From positions 2,014 to 66,013 of the forward strand of contig JAJFIK010000080.1 of NCBI GenBank assembly GCA_021775005.1: a DNA stretch of 64,000 bases, in the 5' to 3' direction. Numbering within the stretch: the first letter of the stretch is position 1; each line of letters begins with the position of its first letter. Shown here piece by piece: positions 56,514 to 64,000 of the stretch. The notes below the pieces were generated by a model. The model ran no database searches. It worked only from the letters and a program-made list of their open reading frames with translations, and was not told the DNA's origin. This stretch comes from Rhodospirillales bacterium. Lineage in GTDB: Bacteria > Pseudomonadota > Alphaproteobacteria > JAJFIK01. The position numbers and the translations under genes were made by a program.

Positions 56514-56974
56514 AGCGCGAGCTCCATATAGACAACATCGTCGAGGGGATTGTCGTAATAGGCAGGAATTTCTCCAAACCCGAGGCTTTTGTACAGCGTG
56601 ACCGCGGGCGTCATCGATCTGAGCGTATCAAGCCGCATGGCGCGATAGCCGCGTGCGCGCGCTTCTTCAATCAAGCGTAAAGACAAGTCCCGGCCAAGCC
56701 CCTTGCCCTTCATCACGTCCTGCACATAAAGCCGCTTCATCTCGCAATAGCCGTCGCCCATATCTTTCAGCGCACAGGCACCAACAGGCGCGCCATGGTG
56801 CTTTGCAATAAGTAAGAAGTCATAGCGCGAAGGCCAGGTCGCCAGCTCCTCATCAAAGGCCTGGAAGTGAAGGTCATGACCCAACCAGTTGGCGTATTCA
56901 ATGAAGAGATCCTTGACGGCAGCCACATCTTCCTTTGTCTCAGCGATGTGAATATCAGCAGCCGCCGAGCTCAT
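56510..56974 (-). CDS. GNAT-family N-acetyltransferase
   Basis: Acetyl-CoA-binding motif KGKGLGRDL. Confidence 0.8.
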   Translation of the reverse strand: MSSAAADIHIAETKEDVAAVKDLFIEYANWLGHDLHFQAFDEELATWPSRYDFLLIAKHHGAPVGACALKDMGDGYCEMKRLYVQDVMKGKGLGRDLSLRLIEEARARGYRAMRLDTLRSMTPAVTLYKSLGFGEIPAYYDNPLDDVVYMELAL

Positions 56975-57855
56975 ACTGTGCGCGCCGCCTTGTCTTTTTC
57001 ATTGGCGCCGCGAATGGCGTTGCGGGCAGCTTCCCACATCTCATCAGTCCAGGTGTGCAAGTTGTAGAAGTTCCCCCCGGTGGCCTGATACATGGCGCCA
57101 TCAATGGCGATGGTCTGCCCGGTCAGATACTCGCAGCCATCGGCCATCAGGAAGGTGGCGAGATTGGCAAGCTCCGCCATGTCGCCCACGCGGCCCATGG
57201 GGTTGGTGGCAAAGCGATCCTCTTCCATGCCCTCATTCGTGCTTTCAGGGTTGAGCCGGTCCCACGCGCCTTTGGTGGGGAAGGGGCCGGGGCAGATGGC
57301 ATTGATGCGAATGCCGTAATGGCCCCATTCAGCGGCAAGGGAGTCCGTCATGGCTTTCACCCCGGTTTTTGACATGGCAGATGGCACCACATAGGGCGAG
57401 CCGTTCCACACCCACGTAGTCAAAATGGAAATGATGCTGCCTTTGCGGCCAGCGGCGATCCAGCGCTTGCCCACCGCATGGGTCATGTAAAACGTACCGT
57501 GGAAGGCAATGGATGCGATGGCATCAAAGCCGCGCGGGGACAGGTCTTCCGTGCGGGAGATGAAGTTGCCTGCAGCGTTATTGACGAGGCCATCCAGGGG
57601 GCCTTCGTCGAAGATGGATTGCACCAGCTCCTCCACCGCGCCCGCATTGCGAATGTCGCAGGCCCGCGCTGTGACCTTGCCGCCATGGGCCGCCATCATC
57701 TCGCCCGCGGCTTCCTCCAGCACCGCGCCCCGCCGCCCGCAGATGTAGATCTCTGCGCCGAGCTTCAGGTATTCTTCCGCCATCACGCGGCCAAGGCCGG
57801 TGCCGCCGCCGGTGACGAGTATTCGTTTTCCTTTGAGCAGTCCGTCCTTGAACAT
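56971..57855 (-). CDS. SDR-family oxidoreductase (2,4-dienoyl-CoA reductase-like)
   Basis: TGGGTGLG cofactor motif plus a catalytic S...YxxxK-type region. Confidence 0.85.
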   Translation of the reverse strand: MFKDGLLKGKRILVTGGGTGLGRVMAEEYLKLGAEIYICGRRGAVLEEAAGEMMAAHGGKVTARACDIRNAGAVEELVQSIFDEGPLDGLVNNAAGNFISRTEDLSPRGFDAIASIAFHGTFYMTHAVGKRWIAAGRKGSIISILTTWVWNGSPYVVPSAMSKTGVKAMTDSLAAEWGHYGIRINAICPGPFPTKGAWDRLNPESTNEGMEEDRFATNPMGRVGDMAELANLATFLMADGCEYLTGQTIAIDGAMYQATGGNFYNLHTWTDEMWEAARNAIRGANEKDKAARTV

Positions 57856-57870
57856 GTGATGTCTCCGCGC

Positions 57871-58701
57871 TTATGCGCTCTTGGTGTAAACCGTGCGTGT
57901 GGGGAAGGGAATGTCGATGCCGTTCGCGTCCAGCGCTTCTTTCAGGGATTTTGTCAGGTCAAACTTGACCGGCCAATAGTCGGAACCGTTGACCCACAGG
58001 CGGATGACAATGTCGACTGAACTATCGCCCAAGTTAACAACGCCCTGAAAAGGTTCAGGGTCGGACAGAACGCGGCTGTCTTTACTCCAGGTGTCTTTCA
58101 GAACCGCCAGCGCTTTGTTGATGTCAGAGCCATAGGAAATCCCCATGGTGATATCGCAGCGGCGGGTCGGGTGGCCATTGTAGTTTTTGACCGAGTCGCC
58201 CCAGACCGCGCTGTTGGGAACAATGATTTGCACATTGTCCGGCGTGGCCAGTTCCGTGGTGAACAGGGAGATGGCTTTTACGGTTCCTGAATGCCCGGCG
58301 ACTTCAATAAAATTGCCCAGCCTGAAGGGTCGGAACATAAGCAGCATGATGCCAGCCGCCACATTAGAAAGGGTGCCTTGCATCGCTAGGCCGATAGCCA
58401 GGCCCGCAGCACCAAGCACGGCAATCAGGCTGGTGGTTTCCACGCCGAAGCGGTCGAGCACCGCCAGGATGGTGATGATGACGATCAGATAGCGCGCAAT
58501 ACTGGCCAGGAAGTTTGCCACGGCCTCGTCAAAGTTCGGCATCCGGTCGAGGGCCTTTTTGACCCATCTGCTGATGCGACTGGCAAACCAGAAACCGACA
58601 ATCAGGACCAGAATGGCCAGCAACAGATTGACCCCGACTGTCATGGCCAGCGGAATGGCCGCATCGATAATTTGTTGCGTGAGTGTTGAGGCGTCTTCCA
58701 T
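57871..58701 (-). CDS. Small-conductance mechanosensitive channel (MscS family)
   Basis: Three TM helices followed by the MscS beta-domain signature (GNFIEVAGHSGTVKAISLFTTEL). Confidence 0.85.
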   Translation of the reverse strand: MEDASTLTQQIIDAAIPLAMTVGVNLLLAILVLIVGFWFASRISRWVKKALDRMPNFDEAVANFLASIARYLIVIITILAVLDRFGVETTSLIAVLGAAGLAIGLAMQGTLSNVAAGIMLLMFRPFRLGNFIEVAGHSGTVKAISLFTTELATPDNVQIIVPNSAVWGDSVKNYNGHPTRRCDITMGISYGSDINKALAVLKDTWSKDSRVLSDPEPFQGVVNLGDSSVDIVIRLWVNGSDYWPVKFDLTKSLKEALDANGIDIPFPTRTVYTKSA

Positions 58702-58789
58702 TTTCCCCTCCGAGGGTGGTGATGGCGAGTTTGGCCCTTCGATTAATCCATGCGGTGCAGAAGGGCAACTGATGGGGTTATAGTTCTTT

Positions 58790-61267
58790 ATGATTTTGGC
58801 CCCTCAAGAAGATTTGGCGTTGCCGGAAACCTTCCAGTCCTGGTTCAAGGGCCGCGGCTGGCAGCCGCGCGCGCACCAGCTGGATTTGCTGGCCAAGGCG
58901 CAGGCCGGTCGCTCCGCCCTACTGATCGCCCCTACAGGCGGGGGCAAGACCCTGGCAGGGTTTCTGCCTACATTGATTGAGCTGAGCGCTCTTGGTCCGC
59001 GCAAGCCTGGGCGGCCGCGCGGGGTGCATACGCTTTATATCTCGCCGCTGAAAGCGCTGGCGGTGGACATCGCCCGCAACCTGGAAGCGCCGATTGCGGA
59101 AATGGGCCTGCCCATCAAGGTGGAAACCCGCACTGGCGACACCCCCGCAAGCCGTCGCCAGCGGCAGAAAACATCGCCGCCGGACATCTTGCTAACCACA
59201 CCCGAGCAACTGGCACTGCTTCTTGCCTATAAAGATGCGCGGCGCTTCTTTGAGTCACTCAAGTACATTGTGCTGGATGAACTCCATGCATTAGTCACCT
59301 CCAAACGCGGGGACTTGCTGGCGCTCGACTTGGCACGGGTGGAGGCGCTTGTGCCGGGGGTCAGACGCATCGGCCTTTCTGCAACGGTGAAAGATCCTGA
59401 TCACTTGCAGCGCTATCTGGTACCGCAACGAACAGGGGATGAGCGCGCAGCGCTGGTGCTCGGTAAACCCGGCCAGCCGCCGCAGGTTACAGTGCTCGCC
59501 AGTGAAGCGCATATTCCCTGGTCCGGCCATTCCACGCGCCACGCCATTCCGGAGGTTTACAACGCCATTCAGGCGGCCAACCTGACGCTGATTTTCGTGA
59601 ATACGCGCAGTCAGGCGGAACTTGTGTTTCAGGAGCTTTGGCGCATCAACGAGGAAAGCCTGCCCATTGCACTTCATCATGGCTCTCTTGTGGTTGAGCA
59701 GCGCCGCAAAGTGGAAGCCGCTATGGCGGGGGGCAAACTGAAAGCCGTTGTGTGTACGTCCACTCTTGACCTTGGCATTGACTGGGGCGACGTGGATCTG
59801 GTCATCCAATTGGGCGCGCCGAAGGGGGCAAGCCGCCTTTTGCAGCGCATTGGCCGCGCCAATCACCGCATGGATGAACCAAGCTGCGCGCTGTTGGTGC
59901 CCTCCAACCGCTTTGAGGTGATGGAATGCACAGCGGCCAAGGAAGCTGCAGAACACAACATCCTGGATGGGGAGCTGGAACGCACCGGGGCGCTGGATGT
60001 GCTGGCGCAACATGTGCTCGGCGTGGCCTGCGCGGAACCGTTTAATCTGGCAAAGCTATACGATGAGGTGTGCACCGCCGCGCCCTATGCAGAACTTGCC
60101 TATGAGGACTTCGAAGCGGTGGTGGATTTTGTCGCTACTGGCGGCTATGCGCTGCGCAGCTATGATCGTTTTCGCCGCATTGTGAAAACGCCCGAAGGCA
60201 AATACCGCATTGCCAATCCCAGGGTGGCGCAGCGCTATCGCATGAATGTGGGCACCATTGTTGAGTCGCCCATGCTGAAAGTGCGCCTGCGCAAGTCCGT
60301 CAAGGCGCGCGGCGGGCGCGTGCTGGGGGAAGTGGAAGAATCTTTGGTCGATCAAATGGTTCCCGGCGACACGTTTTTGTTCGCCGGCGAAGTGCTGCGC
60401 TTTGAGGGCCTGCATGAGACCGAAGTGGCGGTGACGCGCACTATGGATGAAAATCCCATGATCCCGTCTTACAACGGCGGCAAGTTTCCCCTTTCGACCT
60501 ATCTGGCAGCGCGGGTGCGGGAGATTGTCTCCACGCCTGAGGAATGGCAAGCGTTGCCAACCCAAGTGGCAGAGTGGCTTGAGATTCAACGTTTCAGATC
60601 GGTGCTTCCCAAGCCGGGGGAGCTGTTGGTGGAAACTTTTCCCCGCGGCGGTAAAAACTATTTGGTCTGTTATCCGTTTGAAGGGCGGCTCGCCCATCAG
60701 ACATTGGGTATGTTGCTCACGCGCCGTCTTGAGCGGCAAAATTTCCACCCCTTGGGGTTTGTCGCTAGTGAATATGCCATGGCCATTTGGAGCCTTGAGG
60801 ACATGAGCCCGCTCAAAATGTCAGCGTTATTTGATCAGGACATGCTGGGGGATGATCTTGAAGCCTGGCTGGCGGAAAGTGCTCTGCTCAAACGCACCTT
60901 TCGGCAATGTGCGGTCATTGGCGGTCTTATTGAGCGGCGCTTCCCGGGGCAGGAGAAATCTGGCCGCCAGGTCACATTCTCATCGGATCTCATCTACGAT
61001 GTGCTTCGCGAACACGAGCCCGATCATATTCTATTGCGCGCCACGCAAATCGATGCAGCGCGGGGGCTTTTGGATATTGAGCGTTTGGGCGCCATGCTTG
61101 AGCGGATCAAGGGCCACATTGTGCATCGTAAATTGCCGCGAATCTCGCCGCTTGCGGTGCCGGTGATGCTGGAGATTGGCAAAGAACCGATCTACGGTGA
61201 GGCGAACGAAGTGCTGCTGCGGGAAACCGAAGCTACTCTAGTGCAAGAGGCCATGCGCCGTGACTGA
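58790..61267 (+). CDS. Ligase-associated DNA-damage-response DEXH-box helicase (Lhr-core-like)
   Basis: Walker A APTGGGKT, DEAH-type VLDELH, and helicase C domain. The N-terminus FQSWFKGRGWQPRAHQ and the ~825-aa size are typical of the ligase-associated helicase. Confidence 0.85.
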   Translation: MILAPQEDLALPETFQSWFKGRGWQPRAHQLDLLAKAQAGRSALLIAPTGGGKTLAGFLPTLIELSALGPRKPGRPRGVHTLYISPLKALAVDIARNLEAPIAEMGLPIKVETRTGDTPASRRQRQKTSPPDILLTTPEQLALLLAYKDARRFFESLKYIVLDELHALVTSKRGDLLALDLARVEALVPGVRRIGLSATVKDPDHLQRYLVPQRTGDERAALVLGKPGQPPQVTVLASEAHIPWSGHSTRHAIPEVYNAIQAANLTLIFVNTRSQAELVFQELWRINEESLPIALHHGSLVVEQRRKVEAAMAGGKLKAVVCTSTLDLGIDWGDVDLVIQLGAPKGASRLLQRIGRANHRMDEPSCALLVPSNRFEVMECTAAKEAAEHNILDGELERTGALDVLAQHVLGVACAEPFNLAKLYDEVCTAAPYAELAYEDFEAVVDFVATGGYALRSYDRFRRIVKTPEGKYRIANPRVAQRYRMNVGTIVESPMLKVRLRKSVKARGGRVLGEVEESLVDQMVPGDTFLFAGEVLRFEGLHETEVAVTRTMDENPMIPSYNGGKFPLSTYLAARVREIVSTPEEWQALPTQVAEWLEIQRFRSVLPKPGELLVETFPRGGKNYLVCYPFEGRLAHQTLGMLLTRRLERQNFHPLGFVASEYAMAIWSLEDMSPLKMSALFDQDMLGDDLEAWLAESALLKRTFRQCAVIGGLIERRFPGQEKSGRQVTFSSDLIYDVLREHEPDHILLRATQIDAARGLLDIERLGAMLERIKGHIVHRKLPRISPLAVPVMLEIGKEPIYGEANEVLLRETEATLVQEAMRRD

Positions 61268-61949
61268 TGAGACGTGTCAATTTGAGGTGGCAGGAGAGGT
61301 GGTGATTGCCCATCCAAGCGGGGCGGCATTTGTGCCCAGCCAGAACACCTTGATCGTTTCAGACCTCCACTTTGAGAAAGGGTCTTTCTTTGCCGCAAAA
61401 GGGCAATTCCTCCCGCCCTATGACACCCGCGCAACCCTGTCTCGATTGCAAACGGCAATAGACCGCTTTCAGCCCGTCCGTGTCATCGCGCTGGGGGATT
61501 CATTTCATGATGGCGCCGCCGACACGCGGATCGCGGGCGATGATTGGCAATCGATCCAGACGCTCTCAGCGCGATTTGATTGGACCTGGATCACCGGCAA
61601 TCACGATGAGACATTGCCCGCTGGCATCGGCGGAACGATTTGTGCGGAGCTTAAACTTGGGCCCCTTACCCTGCGTCATGAACCGACGGCGGCACCGGCG
61701 CGCGGGGAAGTCGCCGGCCATTTGCACCCTTGCGCGCGGGTGCAAACGAGCTCGCGATCCTTGCGGCGGCGATGCTTCGTTGGCGACGGGGATCGGCTGA
61801 TTATGCCCGCCTTTGGCGCATTTACGGGCGGGCTCGACATTGCGGACAAGGCCTATGACGGGCTCTTTGATGGGTCCGTGACGGCTTGGGTGCTGGGCAG
61901 GTCGCGCGTCTACACCATTCCCGCGAAGGGACTCGCCGGTGTTTCCTAG
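61260..61949 (+). CDS. pdeM: Ligase-associated DNA-damage-response metallophosphoesterase PdeM
   Basis: DLHFEKG, GDSFHD, and GNHD metallophosphoesterase motifs. 229 aa. It overlaps the helicase stop by 8 nt. Confidence 0.75.
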   Translation: MTDETCQFEVAGEVVIAHPSGAAFVPSQNTLIVSDLHFEKGSFFAAKGQFLPPYDTRATLSRLQTAIDRFQPVRVIALGDSFHDGAADTRIAGDDWQSIQTLSARFDWTWITGNHDETLPAGIGGTICAELKLGPLTLRHEPTAAPARGEVAGHLHPCARVQTSSRSLRRRCFVGDGDRLIMPAFGAFTGGLDIADKAYDGLFDGSVTAWVLGRSRVYTIPAKGLAGVS

Positions 61950-62713
61950 TTTTGGCGGAACATTAAGGTTGAACCCCAGCCCACGCCAAACGCCATGATC
62001 AAAGCTAAAATGCCATAGAGAAATGGCTGCTCGTGCGCCAGTGCCGTTAGTTGACCCTCGATGCCTACTTTCTCAATCGTAAGCGGCGCGGATACCGCCG
62101 CCACGTTGATGCCATCCTCAAAGAGATAAAAAGATACTGTGTAAGTGCCTTCAGGCACCGTCGGCGGCATGGGGATGCGGGCGCGAAATAGTCGGTCACT
62201 TCGGAACACAACACCGCTTTCGTTTTGCACCACTGTACCCCCTGCAGCGCGAATATTGATCAGCTGTTGGCGGAATGTTTCATAGACGGCAATTTCCACA
62301 GTGCTTTCAAATATATCTGGCAGCCCTAAGACATCGGTGCCGATATGAAATTCATCCCGCAAGCTTGATGACGTTATGTCGATGAGGGGCGCACTGCTGG
62401 CAACATAGTAAAATGATGGAATATCCTCGATGATCACGGATGTACCATTGATCCAGATACCTGAAGCATGGCGTTCTTTGCGGCGCACGGTGACGTCTGA
62501 AGGAGCCCCGCTTACGGTAACCACTACATGAGGGCTGAGACGTTCAGGGTCGAGCTCGCCTTCAATAGACCCAAAGACGATTATTTCCGTTCCCGTAAAG
62601 TTTGAGCTTAGCGAGATGTGACGCTCGGAAAGGTCCGCCGCAAGACGTTGCCCTGCCGCAGGTGTTAGCGATGCAGCAAGCGCAAAGGTGATTATGAGCG
62701 TGCTCAATCGCAT
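61946..62713 (-). CDS. TIGR02186-family secreted/membrane protein (partner of DUF81 transporters)
   Basis: Start moved to MRLSTLIITFALAASLTPAAG (signal peptide). The start codon overlaps the TauE stop (TAATG). It has a C-terminal TM helix. Confidence 0.65.
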   Translation of the reverse strand: MRLSTLIITFALAASLTPAAGQRLAADLSERHISLSSNFTGTEIIVFGSIEGELDPERLSPHVVVTVSGAPSDVTVRRKERHASGIWINGTSVIIEDIPSFYYVASSAPLIDITSSSLRDEFHIGTDVLGLPDIFESTVEIAVYETFRQQLINIRAAGGTVVQNESGVVFRSDRLFRARIPMPPTVPEGTYTVSFYLFEDGINVAAVSAPLTIEKVGIEGQLTALAHEQPFLYGILALIMAFGVGWGSTLMFRQN

Positions 62714-63627
62714 TATGGATGTCCAATCGCCAGTGAAAACGGGTTGAGCGGCGGTGCGAAGAGGCCATAACCAAGGCGCAGACACACCCCTAGCACGAGG
62801 AGCGCCAGAAGCGCGCGTAGTTGCTCGCTGCGCAAGCGCGCGCCAACGCGGACACCAAGCTGTACCCCCACAACGCCGCCAACAAGAAGAAAAAAGGCGA
62901 GCACCACATCAACGGTTTGGTTTGCCACCGCATGAAGCATTGTAACCACAGCCGTCACGAACAGAATTTGGAACAAAGATGTTCCCACAACGATATTGGT
63001 GGGCATACGCAAGAGATAAATCATCGCCGGTACCATAATGAAGCCGCCGCCCACGCCCATGATCGCTGCAAGCAATCCCACAACAAATCCGATCCCCAGG
63101 GGCGGGAGTGCGCTGACATAGAGTTTTGAGCGTCTGAACCGCATTTTGAACGGCAGACCATGGACCCAATTATGGCGCACACCTGATTTTGTGCTCTGAC
63201 CCGCGCGCACTTTGAACAGGGTTTGCAAAGACTCAGCAAGCATCAAGCTGCCGATCCCCCCAAGAAAGACCACATAGGCGAGCGAAATCAGCAGATCCAC
63301 TTGGCCGATTTCTCGCAAGTACCGAAAGATCCACACGCCGAAGAAGGATCCCACGATACCGCCGGTGAGCAGCACTGCTCCCATTTTAAAATCTACGGTC
63401 TTGCGGCGCCAGTGCGCCAGGACACCGGCAGTGGATGAGGCAACAATTTGATTGGCTTCCGTGGCAACTGCGACCGCAGGCGGGATACCGGCAAAAATGA
63501 GTAAAGGGGTCATCAAGAAACCACCGCCCACGCCAAACATGCCCGATAAAAACCCGACGCCCCCGCCCATGGCGATGAGCAGAAGGACGTTCACGGACAT
63601 TTCGGCGATCGGCAGATAGACCTGCAT
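62713..63627 (-). CDS. TauE/SafE (DUF81) family sulfite/anion exporter
   Basis: Duplicated 4-TM units with G-rich motifs (GGGVGFLSGMFGVGGGFLMTP). Confidence 0.85.
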   Translation of the reverse strand: MQVYLPIAEMSVNVLLLIAMGGGVGFLSGMFGVGGGFLMTPLLIFAGIPPAVAVATEANQIVASSTAGVLAHWRRKTVDFKMGAVLLTGGIVGSFFGVWIFRYLREIGQVDLLISLAYVVFLGGIGSLMLAESLQTLFKVRAGQSTKSGVRHNWVHGLPFKMRFRRSKLYVSALPPLGIGFVVGLLAAIMGVGGGFIMVPAMIYLLRMPTNIVVGTSLFQILFVTAVVTMLHAVANQTVDVVLAFFLLVGGVVGVQLGVRVGARLRSEQLRALLALLVLGVCLRLGYGLFAPPLNPFSLAIGHP

Positions 63628-63713
63628 AGATCACTCTTGGTCGAGGAGGTTGCCTTCTCGCAGGAAGGTGGCCCCCGTAAGTTCGGTTTGGTCCGAACTC
63701 GAACCCTCGCGCT

Positions 63714-64000
63714 CTAGTTTGCGCTTACCGCAGCTTCAAGACGCGACAATAACGCGGTGGATACGCGTCCGGTGACGGATAGCCCCACACGTTGCTCAAA
63801 CAATCGAATAGCTTCCGCTGTTCGCGGCCCCATGATGCCGTCCGGCGGCCCGGCCGTGAAGCCCAAACGGTTTAGAAATTCTTGTGCCAGGGCAACTTCA
63901 TTAGGGCTTGCGCCGAGGGGCTGTGAAATGGAGAGCCGCCCGTTGGCTTCAGGGTTGGCGGTACGGGGCTGCCAATCACGCACCGCGGAATCGATTTGGC
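63714..64000 (-). CDS. Peptidoglycan-binding (PG_binding_1) domain protein, 3' portion only (N-terminus beyond window edge)
   Basis: C-terminal LNRLGFTAGPPDGIMGPRTAEAIRLFEQRVGLSVTG is a PG_binding_1 motif. The frame is open through the window end. Confidence 0.6.
   Translation of the reverse strand, partial: QIDSAVRDWQPRTANPEANGRLSISQPLGASPNEVALAQEFLNRLGFTAGPPDGIMGPRTAEAIRLFEQRVGLSVTGRVSTALLSRLEAAVSAN

Noticed and set aside
1-64000. CRISPR arrays, transposases, integrases, phage structural genes
   Set aside because: I found no direct-repeat/spacer periodicity and no ORF with transposase or integrase signatures (DDE, tyrosine-recombinase R..H..RH..Y). The only mobile-looking features are the two low-GC stretches noted in the findings.

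Overview
This is a high-GC (about 62%) chromosomal segment from an alphaproteobacterium. The assignment rests on a GcrA cell-cycle regulator, a class I LysRS, a TIGR02186/TauE pair and ligase-associated DNA-damage-response genes. Most of the window is ordinary housekeeping and accessory chromosome, listed here in window order. An RND efflux pair sits at the 5' edge. It is followed by a MarR/serine-hydrolase unit, an ABC exporter and an S9 peptidase. Next comes an arginase, ornithine aminotransferase and Lrp catabolic cluster. After that are a DUF47-PiT phosphate transporter pair, Hsp33, TrkH, ApaG and long-form dCTP deaminase. The later part of the window holds three sensor kinases (PAS-hybrid, GAF, TM-hybrid with Hpt), SixA, a DinG-like helicase, lysK, pyrD, a MATE transporter, a TetR-Qor unit, MscS, an Lhr-like helicase with PdeM, and tRNA-Gly(CCC). 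Seven things stand out. (1) A 684-aa three-domain protein (P-loop NTPase + FHA-like + PPP-family metallophosphoesterase) lies 55 nt downstream of gcrA, and I cannot place it in a described family. (2) Two tandem paralogous secreted proteins carry alternating AAA(I)GNS(F/L)S / SAAVGNTVSI repeat units (curlin/adhesin-like), with a structured leader and an inter-gene hairpin. (3) A low-GC islet of about 2.7 kb (sulfotransferase + DUF4143 AAA+ ATPase) is inserted between acrB and a membrane methyltransferase. (4) A bacterial comB-comA (phosphosulfolactate) pair is present. (5) One protein fuses TPR repeats to a PF13759-type 2OG-Fe(II) oxygenase. (6) A low-GC FkbM methyltransferase sits beside tRNA-Gly. 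(7) There are several translationally coupled odd couples (SixA/sterol-desaturase-family hydroxylase; TerB-like/DinG; TIGR02186/TauE). I see no CRISPR array, transposase or integrase. Gene starts were refined from the ORF track using RBS and codon offsets and may be off by a few codons.
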